Part shown: positions 1 to 11,870 of the stretch, one piece after another
Numbering within the stretch: the stretch's first letter is position 1
How the letters are laid out: each line of letters starts with the position of its first letter
Source of the DNA: Octopus vulgaris
Taxonomy: Eukaryota
DNA: 64,000 nt
NCBI GenBank assembly: GCA_951406725.2
Contig: OX597824.1
Location: forward strand, 30,814,001-30,878,000
Direction: 5' to 3'
Program-made: the position numbers and the translations under genes
The notes under the pieces: generated by a model
Database searches by the model: none
Told to the model about the DNA's origin: nothing
The model's input: only the letters and a program-made list of their open reading frames with translations

Positions 1-260
1 TGCGAGTAAATACGTTTTTCGAAAGAGTATATCCCCAGTAAATTAGAGTACTGAAGTGGGCTAAGTCGTGTTTATTCCTTAGAGAATATTCAATGCCACA
101 TCCGTAGCAGCGTGCTACCAGTGTTACTCGAATATTTGTGAAAGAATAACTATGCAATTTAGTTCATATTCTTATGCGATTGTACGTATTGTTTCACTTG
201 TATCTATAACGTCAGTTATGATCCACCTGAAAACAAAAAAAGTATTTTCCTTCTCATCAG

Positions 261-323
261 GATTCAAATATTATGGAGGATGTTAAGAAGGTAACAAAAA
301 GTCATAAGTCTTCCGTCTCGAAG
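261..323 (+). CDS. Repeat-exon gene A, 63-nt phase-0 exon (DSNIMEDVKKVTKSHKSSVSK)
   Basis: Acceptor ttttccttctcatcAG and donor AAG|GTtggt; 21 open codons; homologous to nine other copies downstream. Confidence 0.7.
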
Positions 324-552
324 GTTGGTCGTTTTTTCATTTCTCTCATTCAATTTCGCATATTATTCTTTCAATGTATCATAATTTAGAAAGATTGTGA
401 ATTGATGGTAAAATCTTCATAAAGATTATATTGCGATAATTGCCTGTAGTGAGCTTACAAAATCTATAAACGCCAAACACAGAAGTTGTACTTCGTTTCT
501 GTTTGAAGTTCTTCTAAATTCTGGGTCAAATATATGAATGCTACACTTCTCA

Positions 553-593
<41 letters not shown>

Positions 594-819
594 TGGTTCG
601 TTCACTCACACCTGTTTCTTTTGATTGCTTTAATGCTTAATTATCTTCTCTTTTGTCATCATTTGAGGCAATTATGAGATTGATATTATTGATTTCCATT
701 ATTTCTTATGCTTATATTTCCATAATATTTATTGCCTACAAAACTTTGCTGCTTGCACACACCACACACACATATATACCTATATATATAGCAACACACA
801 CACACAAGCACACACACAC

Positions 820-952
<133 letters not shown>

Positions 953-985
953 TGAGAAAGTTGGTGTGTGAAAGCACGTGGTTGG

Positions 986-1538
986 ATATATAGAAAATAG
1001 TAAAAAGTGAAAAAGCTACAGAAGGGTTGTTTTATAAGGTTAAAGAATATATTTTAGAATGATACCCTTTAGTGAGCATATTGAGAAATGCGCAAAGCAA
1101 CTACTACCACAATTTTTAATCTTTCCATTCTATCAATGTGCTATTGGAACACCAACACAAATTAGATTAAACAAGGAAACATTCTTCATTGAAAAATATA
1201 AACCCAAACTTAACCACTCTAACATTGTTATACAGAGAAACTCACCCCATTAGATAAAGGGAAAAGAAATATAAAGCGATTATCTTCCTTATACCGGAAG
1301 AAATCGCTCATTACCTCCCCCTACCTGGAACTCTTCTTTGCATTTCATAACGAAGACATAACGCGATGTAGGTAAAAACACTTGAGAAATTTGAAAAGTT
1401 AACACGAAACCGGTAATTTCTTCAAAAACTATGTTACTGTATGAAAAAATTTTATAACATTCTTCCAACATAATGACTCAAATATATTCTTTAACCTTAT
1501 AAAACAAGCCTTCTGTAGTTTTTTCACTTTTTACTATT

Positions 1539-1547
<9 letters not shown>
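986..1547 (+). mobile_element. Penelope-like element 3' fragment with inverted ~68-bp termini
   Basis: ORF 1059-1253 ends FPFYQC...RLNKETFFIEKYKPKLN (PLE GIY-YIG C-terminus); 986-1054 and 1480-1547 are inverted; followed by a (TA)n tract. Confidence 0.65.
1386..1420 (+). ncRNA. Degenerate minimal hammerhead ribozyme motif
   Basis: GAAAT-TTGAAAA-GT(TAAC)AC-GAAAC CG GTA-ATTTC: stem I GAAAT/ATTTC, palindromic stem III ACCGGT, core decayed from CTGANGA. Confidence 0.4.
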
Positions 1548-1623
<76 letters not shown>

Positions 1624-1819
1624 CAGGTGAATGAACTATCCTATGTTTACCGTCAATATGGAAAATTTGATGAACCGATACCAGGATAACAAATTCACAT
1701 CAGAAACACGGTTGAAGCGACCCGTCCAAGGGTAGAAACTCCGGGTTCATGTGCAGAAATTTGTGTGTTATATATGAATAAATAAATAAATGGAGTTGAA
1801 CGAAGATGTTAACAAAATT

Positions 1820-1912
1820 CCTTTACTCTCGACATATGTTTCGAAGACAACATGGTTTTATTCCAAAGGAATAAACGGTGCAAGATGCAATCTTCTCATC
1901 AGGAAAGAAAGG
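1820..1912 (-). ncRNA. Type I hammerhead ribozyme
   Basis: Minus strand: cctttctttc-CTGATGA-GAAGAT...GTCTTC-GAAAC ATAT GTC-gagagtaaagg; full core, stems I-III pair, GUC cleavage triplet. Confidence 0.8.
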
Positions 1913-1955
1913 GAGCCTCTCTCAACAACAAGACAAAACAATAACTGAAAGGCTC

Positions 1956-2048
1956 CCTTTCTTTCCTGATGAGGAGATTGCATCTTGCACCGTTTATTCC
2001 TTTGGAATAAAACCATGTTGTCTTCGAAATATATGTCGAGAGTAAAGG
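1956..2048 (+). ncRNA. Type I hammerhead ribozyme (mirror copy)
   Basis: CTGATGA at 1966, GAAA at 2026, GTC at 2035-2037; the two substitutions inside the motif give G-U wobbles. Confidence 0.7.
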
Positions 2049-2091
2049 AATGTTGTTAACATCTTCGTTCAACTCCATTTATTTATTTATT

Positions 2092-2145
<54 letters not shown>

Positions 2146-2365
2146 GAGAGTTATTGTTATCTAGATGGCCCAAAGAATGGCAGGTAACGCTAAGTATGTA
2201 CTATGGATAGACCGTAGTTAAACTTTTGGTTCGACAGTGTCACGTGTAAGGAGTCTAATGTGGGTCTTGTATTAGCATGCATATATATATTAGACAAAAT
2301 GAGATTATAAAGCCAAGGCTATGAGGAGTTTTCAGGACATTTATAAGGAATAAGATTTAGATACT

Positions 2366-2411
2366 GTCTTACAGCTGTTTCTGGGATATTATAAATATCC
2401 CTTCATAAGAC
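2366..2411 (-). ncRNA. Degenerate hammerhead motif marking a PLE 3'/pLTR remnant (~2360-3100)
   Basis: Minus: GTCT-tatgaa-GGGATATT tat AATATCCC-a-GAAAC AGCT GTA-AGAC; stems intact, core partly deleted. Confidence 0.45.
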
Positions 2412-3102
2412 ATGATGTAAGATGGTTAAATAGAGGTAAATATTTGAGTTCGAAATAACGAATTATTATGGAAAAAGAGGAAATAGGGAATATAGATGGA
2501 AATAAGAGAATGAAAGTAGAAATAAAATATAAAATAGATAAAGATATTGTAGTTACAGTTCCATTATTCAAGGAATGTGACGCATAGAAGTGGTAAAAAT
2601 ATTTCCTGTACACGTTATGTAAGTTCCAATAGTAGTTCATGTTTAGCCATTGCAAATTAATGAGCAGCGAATTCTGTGTTTTTCATTCGAAAGGGTCTTG
2701 TTGCGTGAATGAACATTTGAGAATGTATTGATAGTATTTGTGGATAGATCTGCGGAGAGGTATATATGATTAGAATGAGGAGACACGTCAAAGGGAAAGC
2801 AGGAAGAGAAAATTAGAGGAAGAAAGAGAAAAAGAAAGAAAAAAGAAAAAATGGAAAAAAGAGGGGATAAGTGAAAGGAGTGAAAAATTGAAGAATGGGT
2901 TAAAGAAGTGAGAAAAGGTGTGTTAGTTGGTGGTCAAAATAATGTGAGGGGTGGATGGAACATGGGTGGGTGAGGGATAGAAAGAAATGAGAAGGTAAAA
3001 AGGGAATAAGTGTGAGGTATATGAGTAAGGGTGATGTGATAGAGCTGCATTAAGGGATGGGTAGAGAAAAGTATGGGTGGGTTTTAGTAGTAAAATTTAA
3101 AG

Positions 3103-3165
3103 GATTCAAAGACTATGGAGAATGTTAAAATGTCAAAAGAACGTCCTAAATCTGATCTTTTGAAT
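3103..3165 (+). pseudogene. Repeat-exon gene A, pseudoexon (DSKTMENVKMSKERPKSDLLN)
   Basis: Homologous to exon 12791-12856 including downstream intron; donor reads ATAAGT instead of GT, and the polypyrimidine tract is replaced by purine-rich inserted sequence. Confidence 0.6.
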
Positions 3166-4031
3166 ATAAGTTGCTTTTAATTTCACTACTTTAATTTTGT
3201 GTATCATTCTTTTAATGGAACATAAATTTAGTGAATGTAAATTATACAGAAACATATACGTTATTTGATACTACTTTAATAACCTCTCTCATATTAAGAA
3301 GCTGTTAGTAACCATTTCATGCGATGGAAATGACACCGTAGAACAAATATAGTCTAGAAGATTTAATGAACTTCTTCCAAGTAACTGACTCCTTCGCTTA
3401 CATCTGATTGGCTTGTTGTTTTAAGAAGAATTACTAATAATTATTTTTTAAATTTTCTCTTTTGCCATCATTGGAGGCGATTAGAAGACTGTTATTGTTA
3501 CTGAATATGGTTTGCTATGTCTACCATATTTTTACTGACTAAAAATCGTTTCTATATGTCTATACAGATCTGTGTCAGTTAGAAAGACGAAAGTGAAAAA
3601 CTCCGAACTCTAGAATCAAATCTTGTGCTCAATCGTTTGTTCAAGATTTATAATCTATCCAGAAACTTTTGTAGATGTTTTTGACAAAGAGTAGTAAGAA
3701 GTGTAACGATAATAATTTTGTTTAATGTATGTGTAATTTCATGTAGAAAAAGAACAACAGGTCCCATGAAATTCTGTTTTCTGTGAGTTGACTTTCAGTA
3801 ATTATGAAAGATAAACGGATTCTAAACACTTCATAAATATTTTCTCACTTATAAATGTACCAATGTATACTGGACTATGTATATGTATATATATATATGT
3901 ATATGTATATATATATATGTATATATATATATAACGGGAAGCTTTATGAAAATAGACAAAAGACGAAGGCAGGTGGAAAACAAACGAACAATTGTATTAG
4001 TATGGCGCTCAGGAAATATAAATAAAACAAG

Positions 4032-4069
4032 TCTTTAACGTTTCGAGCCTACGCTCTTCAACAGAAAGA
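4032..4069 (-). ncRNA. Hammerhead-like motif in pLTR (variant core CTGTTGA)
   Basis: TCTTT-CTGTTGA-A-GAGC GTAG GCTC-GAAACGT-T-AAAGA. Confidence 0.55.
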
Positions 4070-4269
4070 TACACAGAGAGAAAAAACACAGAAAGAAGGA
4101 GAGAAAAAAATGCGTGCAGTAGCTAACGAATCAACATGGCGATCTGATTTCGGCCAGAGGTCAAAGATCAAACATGAGACGCGAGAGCGAAATAAGGGGA
4201 GATAATAGGGTTGATAATAGGGTTGATAATAGGGTTGAAGGACCAGCTAATAGTGCGTAGGAGGGGTCT

Positions 4270-6078
4270 TGGTATTTGGGCCTCAACATAGCCAACGAAC
4301 AGGTTCGCATAGTTGGGGCCCATTCGCGTTCCCATGGCCACTCCCGAGACCTGATGGTAGAACTCGCCCGCGAACGAGAAGCAGTTCAGAGTAAGGACAA
4401 GTTCGGCCAGACGAATGAGTGTGGAGGTGTCAGGTACAGGGTTAGAGCGGAGGTCAAGAAAGTGTCGAAGGGCCTGCAGTCCTTCGTGGTGAGGGATAAC
4501 AGTATAGAGGCTTTGGATGTCCATAGTAAAAAGGATTTTGGAGGAGCCGGGAGGAAAGGAGAAAGAGTTGAAAAGCCGGAGAGCATGGTTGGTATCGTGG
4601 ATGTGGGAAGGAAGAGATGCCACTAGGGGGGCAAGGACACGGTCGAGGTATTTAGAGATGAGCTCCGTGGGGCAGTTACAGGCGGAGACGATGGGGCGGC
4701 CAGGGTTGTTGGGTTTGTGGATTTTGGGGAGGAAGTAAATGGTGGGGGTACGTGGGGTTCGCACAATTAGGTTGGATGCGGTGCGGGGGAGACGGGAGGA
4801 CGAGATGAGGTCGTGGACAGTAGAGGATACCGTCTGTTGGTAGCTACGTGTGGGGTTAGAGGGCAGAGGGGAATAGAAGGAGGTGTCATTGAGTTGGCGG
4901 AAAGCCTCGGCCCTATAGAGGTCCGCGCGTCACACCACTACAGCTCCACCCTTGTCAGCCGGTTTGATGATAATGTCAGCGCGCCGTTGGAGGGAACGAA
5001 GAGCCAAGAGCTCAGCCGGGGAGATGTTGAGGCGGCGTTGGCGCCTGGAGAAGTTGAACCGCTCCAATGCACGCTGACAAGCGCCCGCGAAAAGATCCAC
5101 TGCTAGGATCTGGCCAGGGGCAGGCGTCCACGGGGATGGTCGGCGGCCCAGGCCAGTGAAGCAGTCCTCTTCGTTGGGTGTGGGTGGCGAGTCGTGGTAA
5201 TGCGCACCCAACCGGACACGGCGCACAAAGCTGTGGACATCAACTCGCGTCTGGAATTCCTTACAGGATGGAGTGAGGGGGATGAAACGCAGACCCCTAC
5301 CAAGGACGGAGCGTTCAGCCGCAGAGAGGGGAAGATCGGGGGGAATGGTAACAACAGACGGAAGTGGAGAAGGGGTGGGTGGAATAGAAGTAGGAGGGGT
5401 GGTAGGCATCGTGGAGGTCTGAGGGGGAGGGATTGGGGAGGTGTGTGGGGGGTGGTTGGGCGGGGCAGTTAGGTTAGGTGTAGGTGGATGGAGCCTATCG
5501 GGAGGAGAGAAGGGGTTGTAGGGAGGGGCAGTGGGGTTAGGTGTGGGTGGATGGAGCCTATCGGGAGGGGAGAAGGGTGGTGGAGGAGTTGGGGTAGTGG
5601 CGTCGGGTAGAGTGGAATGGAAGAGTGATTGGAGTTTACGAAGTTTGGTATCAGAAAGAAATTGATGGAAGAGGTGATTCAAATGGATAATGAAGCGTAG
5701 CGTGTTTGGAGCATAGAGAGGCGGCAGAGAGGAGAAGAAGGTGGAGAAAGCAGGAGGAAGAAGGCGGTTGATGGCATGTAGTTTGGAGAGATTGGAGCGA
5801 ATGGTGGCCCGCATAAGGCGGTAAGATGTGGTGCGGAGTATGGGTAAGATGGAAGAATCCGAGTGGAGAGCAGGGTGGAAGTGGAGGCGGAAACCTTTAG
5901 GGATGAGTCGGTCATGTAGGCAGCGGCTTAGGAAAGAGACATGGCTAGAGAAGCGGTTTTTTTTAAAAAGAAGTAGAGAGAGATTAACGGACGGCTGAAG
6001 GCAATATACAGGAAGAGAACGGAGATGATCCTTCAAACGGTGATGGAGGGTGAGGAGGTAGGACCTAGGATCCGGCAT
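4270..6078 (-). pseudogene. Penelope-type reverse transcriptase, N-terminal part
   Basis: KPADKGGAVVV, PGRPIVS, LFTMDIQSLYT, GVAMGTRMGPNYANLF; one in-frame TGA at 4930-4932; truncated before the catalytic Y/F-x-DD motif and the GIY-YIG domain. Confidence 0.9.
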
Positions 6079-6801
6079 GATGGGATAGCGGAAAAAAAAC
6101 GTTCGAAAAAACAAAAAAAAAACAAAAAACAAAAATTATCGTATGAAAAAAATAGAAAAAAGGGATAGCGAAAAAAGGGGAAAAAAACAAACGTTCAAAA
6201 AAACAAAAAAATAATAATCGTATGAAAAAACTAGATAAGTAAGCGATAGGGGCAGAAAAGACGGGGCAAACGGAAAAGGGAAAGAAAGAAGGGAAGCAGA
6301 GAGAGGGGGAGGCAAAAAAGGGGGGTGCAGGCAGAGGAAACGGAGTATGGACATCCAGAGAGGGAAGAAAGACGGAAAGGAGAACAAAAATGCAGGAAAA
6401 TGTGGAAAGCATGAAATGAATGTAAAAAAAGTGGTAATATAAGAGAAAATAAAAATACAACAAACGGGACAGTTTATGCGAACAAGTTCAAGGTTGAAAG
6501 TTCAAGGTGAGAAATGTGTAGACGTCGTGGTATATTTTTTAAGGATTTCACATCAATGCAAAGTCACTTTGATCCGCGAAAGAGAGGTGCAGCCAATGCT
6601 AAGTATGCAAGAGGTAAAGAAAATCCAAGGTAGAGGTAAGTGTTGATAGTGGTATTGGTAGAATATAGGATGAAAGTGAGACCACGTGAGCGCATAATAT
6701 ATAACGGGAAGATTTATGAAAATAGACAAAAGACGAAGGCAGGTGGAAAACAAACGAACAATTGTATTAGTATGGCGCTCAGGAAATATAAATAAAACAA
6801 G

Positions 6802-6839
6802 TCTTTAACGTTTCGAGCCTACGCTCTTCAACAGAAAGA
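6802..6839 (-). ncRNA. Hammerhead-like motif in pLTR (second copy)
   Basis: Identical to 4032-4069. Confidence 0.55.
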
Positions 6840-7059
6840 TACACAGAGAGAAAAAAACACAGAAAGAAGGAGAGAAAAAAATGCGTGCAGTAGCTAACGA
6901 ATCAACATGGCGATCTGATTTCGGCCAGAGGTCAAAGATCAAACATGAGACGCGAGAGCGAAATAAGGGGAGATAATAGGGTTGAAGGACCAGCTAATAG
7001 TGCGTAGGAGGGGTCTGGACGTGTGTATGTATAGGGTTGGTGTATGTATTAGTATGTAT

Positions 7060-7095
<36 letters not shown>

Positions 7096-7244
7096 ATGAG
7101 AGAGTATTAGTGCGTAATATATATATATATATGTATATACATATATTTAATATAAATATATATATTTATACTGTAAAATTAGATTTAATCCTAAATCTAA
7201 TTTTTCCCTGTAAGTTTGGATTTATTCCCTAATATTATTAGTAT

Positions 7245-7301
<57 letters not shown>

Positions 7302-7595
7302 CACATACACAAACACACACACACATACATATATTTATAATAACCCATATAAGTGTATATATACATATATATTGTGTTTCAAATTTGCATGAATATGTAT
7401 AGAATAGTATTTCAGTTGAATAAAGTTAAAATGTGGTCAGGTTTTCACTTTTTTTTATTTTGGTATTTTAATATTGAACATTTTTTAATGCTCATTGAGT
7501 TACGCTTTCATACATAGAGGTAATCATGAGATTTTAAATGTGTTTAACTGACAGCTTTATTCAACTGATATATATATGTATCACACAGACATATA

Positions 7596-7758
<163 letters not shown>

Positions 7759-7924
7759 TGAAGTTGGACAGCAATTGAAAGAATAATTGCAGAAGTAATA
7801 CATAAAACAAGATTCTCGATTTAAATTGAAATGTATTATAAACTTGCTTAGAATGGCACATAGATATTGGGTAGAAAGCTAATTCAACCCATTATGTAGA
7901 TTTATGAATAGTCAAGAAATATAA

Positions 7925-8130
7925 GTCAGTGAACTGCCAGAACTTTTAGCACTGCGAGTGCTATTGAGTGCTATTTCGTCCGTCTTTATGCTTTGAGAAT
8001 GTTTCGCCGAGGATGACTTTGCCTTTCATTCTTTGATACTGGATAAATTAAGTACCAGCTGTGCACTGGCTCGATATAATCGACTTTATCACTGTCCCGA
8101 AATTGCGTCAAAATTTGAAGCCATTATTCT
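7925..8130 (+). mobile_element. Degenerate SINE family copy (relatives at ~8135-8260, 9125-9340, 23450-23590, 24240-24430)
   Basis: Shared gtgagctgccagaa...atttcgtc...gactttgcctttca...taatcgact...aaatttgaaaccattatt pattern. Confidence 0.55.
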
Positions 8131-8580
8131 AAAGGTGATGGTGGCGAGATTTCAGAATCGTTTGTGCGCCGGACAAAAAGCTTAGCCCCATTTCGTCTGC
8201 TTTTACGTTTAGAGTTCCAATTCTGCCGCGCTCATGTCACACATTCATCCTGTCGAATATTTCTAAATGACACACAAATTTAGCGCTAGGAAAACGAATG
8301 GCGCCCTAACAACAAAAAATATGCGAGCAAATTCGTTTTTCGAAAGAGTATATCTCCAGTAAATTTGAGTACTGAAGTGGGCTAAGTTGTGTTTATTTCT
8401 TAGAGAATATTCAATGCCACATCCGCAGCAGCGTGCTACCAGTGTTACTCGACTATTTGTGAAAGAATAACTATGCAATTTAGTGCCTATTCTTTAGCGA
8501 TTGTACGTATTGTTTCACTTGTATCTATAACGTCAGTTATGATCCACCTGAAAACAAAAAGGTATTTTCTTTCTCATCAG

Positions 8581-8634
8581 ATTAAACATATTATGGAGAA
8601 GGTAACTGAACTTCCTAAGTCTGCCGTCTTGAAG
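8581..8634 (+). CDS. Repeat-exon gene A, 54-nt phase-0 exon (IKHIMEKVTELPKSAVLK)
   Basis: tttctttctcatcAG ... AAG|GTtggt; in-frame 9-nt deletion relative to the 63-nt copies. Confidence 0.7.
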
Positions 8635-8983
8635 GTTGGTCGTTTTTTCATTTCTCTGTTTCAATTTCGTATATTATTCTTTCAATGTATCATAATTTAG
8701 AAAGATTGTGAATTGATGGTAAAATCTTCATAAAGATTATATTGCGATAATTGCCTGTAGCGAGCTAACAAAATCTATAAACGCCAAATACAGAAATTGT
8801 ACTTCGTTTCTGTTTGAAGTTCTTCTAAATTATGGGTCAAATATATGAATGCTACACTATATATATTTCCATAATATTTAATACCTACAAAATTTTGCTA
8901 CACACACACACACACACACACTTGTATCTATAACCTCAGTTATGATCCACCTTGAAACAAAAAGGTATTTTCTTTCTCATCAG

Positions 8984-9046
8984 GATTCAAAGATTATGGA
9001 GGATGTTAAGACGCTAACAGAACGTCTTAAATCTGACGTCTTGGAG
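8984..9046 (+). CDS. Repeat-exon gene A, 63-nt phase-0 exon (DSKIMEDVKTLTERLKSDVLE)
   Basis: tttctttctcatcAG ... GAG|GTtggt; open frame. Confidence 0.7.
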
Positions 9047-9756
9047 GTTGGTCGCTTTTTCATTTCTCTCCTTCAATTTCGTATATTATTCTTTGCGTCA
9101 AAATTTGAAGCCATTATTCTAAAGGTGATGGTGGCGAGATTACAGAATCGTTTGTGCGCAGGACAAAAAGCTTAGCCACATTTCGTCTGCTTTTATGTTT
9201 AGAGTTCCAATTCTGCCGCGCTCATGTCACACATTCATCCTGTCGGGGTTGATAAATTCGAACCAGTGATGTACTGGGTGGATGTAATCCACATCCTCCA
9301 CTGAAAACCGCTGATCTTGTATCACAATTTGAAACCGTTATTACAAAAGTTCATCTCTGTTGGTGAACTACCGCAACTGCTGCATTAGATGAGAGGGGTA
9401 TTTACTTGATAGAAATAAAATTCTGATTAAAGAATATTTCTAAATGACACACAAATTTAACGCTAGGAAAACGATGGCGCCCTAACAACACAAAATATTC
9501 GAGTAAATTCGTTTTTCGAAAGAGTATATCCCCAGTAAATTTGAGTACTGAAGTGGGCTAAGTCGTGTTTATTCCTTAGAGAATATTCAATGCCACATCC
9601 GTAGCAGCGTGCTACCAGTGTTACTCGACTATTTGTGAAAGAAAAACTATGCAATTTAGTGCCTATTCTTTAGCGATTGTACGTATTGTTTCACTTGTAT
9701 CTATAACGTCAGTTATGATCTACCTGAAAACAAAAAGGTATTTTCTTTCTCATCAG

Positions 9757-9819
9757 AATAAAAATATTATGGAAGATGTTAAGAAGGTAACAGAACGTCC
9801 TAAGTCTGACGTCTTGAAG
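9757..9819 (+). CDS. Repeat-exon gene A, 63-nt phase-0 exon (NKNIMEDVKKVTERPKSDVLK)
   Basis: tttctttctcatcAG ... AAG|GTtggt; open frame. Confidence 0.7.
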
Positions 9820-10198
9820 GTTGGTCGTTTTTTCATTTCTCTCATTCAATTTCGTATATTATTCTTTCAATGTATCATAATTTAGAAAGATTGTGAATTG
9901 ATGGTAAAATTTTCATTAAGATTATATTGCGATAATTGCCTGTAGCGAGCTAACAAAATCTATAAACGCCAAATACAGAAGTTGTACTTTGTTTCTGTTT
10001 GAAGTTCTTCTAAATTATGGGTCAAATATATGAATGCTACACTTCTCATTAATATATATATATATATATTTCCATAATATTTAATACCTACAAAATTTTG
10101 CTACACACACACACACACACACATACACACACACACTTGTATCTATAACCTCAGTTATGATCCACCTGGAAACAAAAAGGTATTTTCTTTCTCATCAG

Positions 10199-10261
10199 GA
10201 TTCAAAGATTATTGAGGATGTTAAGACGCTAACAGAACGTCTTAAATCTGACGTCTTGGAG
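10199..10261 (+). CDS. Repeat-exon gene A, 63-nt phase-0 exon (DSKIIEDVKTLTERLKSDVLE)
   Basis: tttctttctcatcAG ... GAG|GTtggt; open frame. Confidence 0.7.
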
Positions 10262-10559
10262 GTTGGTCGTTTTTTCATTTCTCTTCTTCAATTTCGTATA
10301 TTATTCTTTTAAGGTATCATAATTTTGAGAGATTATGAATTGATGGTCGCATCCGTATGTTTCGACGAATGAGTGCTTAAAGGAGAGAACTTAAAGTTAA
10401 AGAGAGTAGTAGAAAGAAATAAAGACAGAAAGGAAGAAGGAAAGAAAGAAAGAAGGAAAGAAAGAAAAGACTAAGAAACTGCATGTATTTGCGATGGATG
10501 CGTAATTGTAAGATCAGTCAAGATATGAATTTGAGTATGAAGTCGCAATGGGAATATTA

Positions 10560-11870
10560 ATAACTTTGTTTTTGTTTCGGATTAAGTAAGTGTGTCTGTT
10601 GATTGCGGGATATAGCTCATCTTTTGCTTTTTTTCTTCAACTCAAATTGTTTGGATGCATTGTGACACATTGTATGCTATGCAGATCGATCAATGACTTG
10701 CCCAAGATGTTAAGCTGTAGAGATTTTAGTGATTGCATCAACTTATCCTTATAACTAAGGAGTGGTCTTCCTTTGCTGCGATATCCCCCCCACTTATTGA
10801 CCATGCCGGAGAAGTTTCAGAATGCGGTCATTTTTCATTCGAACATTATGTCTTACCCATCTGCACTGAATTCTCATGAGCATGATGTGAATACTGGAGA
10901 TGTCCCATTCTTCTAAAATTTTTGACATGGGATATTCTATCTTGCCTTTATAAGTTGCACATGCTGCGCTAACAACACGTGGATGATTTCAAGTTTCTTT
11001 ATATGTCTGTAGTAGGCAGTCCACGCTTCTGTCCCATACAAAAGTATGATGAAAATACAAGATTTGTATGCACATATTTTCGTTTTGATACTGATATCGT
11101 GTTCATCCCACAAACAATGGTTAAGTCTCCCAAAAGCACTTGTAGCCTTAGCTATACCAACATTGATTTCGTCCTCAAGAGTACTCTTAAAGTTTACAGT
11201 ACTTCCAAGATATTTAAATCACCTGGCCAATTTGAGTGCCTTGTTTATCATATCATCTTAAGTCTTGAGTATGTCCTGTTCCAGACCTTGGATGGAATGA
11301 AATTTCAGTCTTCTTGATGCTGATAGTTATTCCAAATGCACGAGCTTCTGCAGTAAACTTGTCGACCATTTCCTGAATTCCTTCAAATGTGTGAGAAATC
11401 AAGCACAGTCGGCAGAAAACAGAAATCCATGCAAGATATCTTTCTTGGTCTTTTTCTTTAATCTGGAACTTTGCCCTTTCAGGTTTAATAGACCTACTTC
11501 AGTGCGATACTATAATTTTATACCTCCATGCCGGAGCATCGTTGAAAAGAACATGGAAAAAGTACAGGCTCTAAAACACATCCCTGTTTTGTTCCAGTGG
11601 CAACAGAAAATGCTTTCGAACATTGACTACTACATATCACTGTTATCATCATTCCTTTATTTGGATATTATTGCCCAGATCATTTAATGAGGAAGTCCAG
11701 TTTTTGACAATAATTTTCCATAGCGCTTTACGATTCCCTGTATCAAAGGCCTTGGTAAAGTCGAGAATAACCATGTGCAAGTCAGTAATATGTTCACGGA
11801 CTTTCTCTTGAATTTGTCGGAAGGCAAAAATCATGTTAACAGCCCGAAATCCAAATTAGGATTCAGGATG
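10560..11870 (-). mobile_element. Degenerate RTE-clade LINE fragment
   Basis: MIFAFRQIQEKVREH...DFTKAFDT (RT) at 11649-11834; C-terminal GRPLLSYKDKL-like motif near 10740-10775; many frameshifts. Confidence 0.75.

Larger units (their letters stand above)
1777..2091. repeat. Fold-back inverted repeat, 142-bp arms, 31-bp spacer (inverted pLTR pair)
   Basis: 1777-1918 is the near-perfect reverse complement of 1950-2091. Confidence 0.9.
3931..7016 (-). mobile_element. Penelope-like retroelement with direct pLTRs, internally deleted
   Basis: Direct repeats 3931-4269 and 6701-7016 flank a PLE reverse-transcriptase ORF; sits between TA/TG microsatellites. Confidence 0.9.
8105..10325 (+). repeat. 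Local tandem duplication (~1.0-1.2 kb units) carrying two exons each
   Basis: gcgtcaaaatttgaagccattattc starts at 8105 and again at 9095; the units are colinear, and the first lacks ~190 bp present in the second. Confidence 0.8.

Noticed and set aside
4201-4237. Telomere-like or CRISPR-like repeat (gataatagggtt x3)
   Set aside because: A simple 12-bp tandem expansion in one pLTR, with no spacers and no TTAGGG array
8263-9885. Repeated 63-78 aa ORFs (MQFSAYSL..., MHSYSFTN...) as small single-exon genes
   Set aside because: They run through intron cassette sequence and are not kept in the other copies; only the splice-bounded part keeps frame
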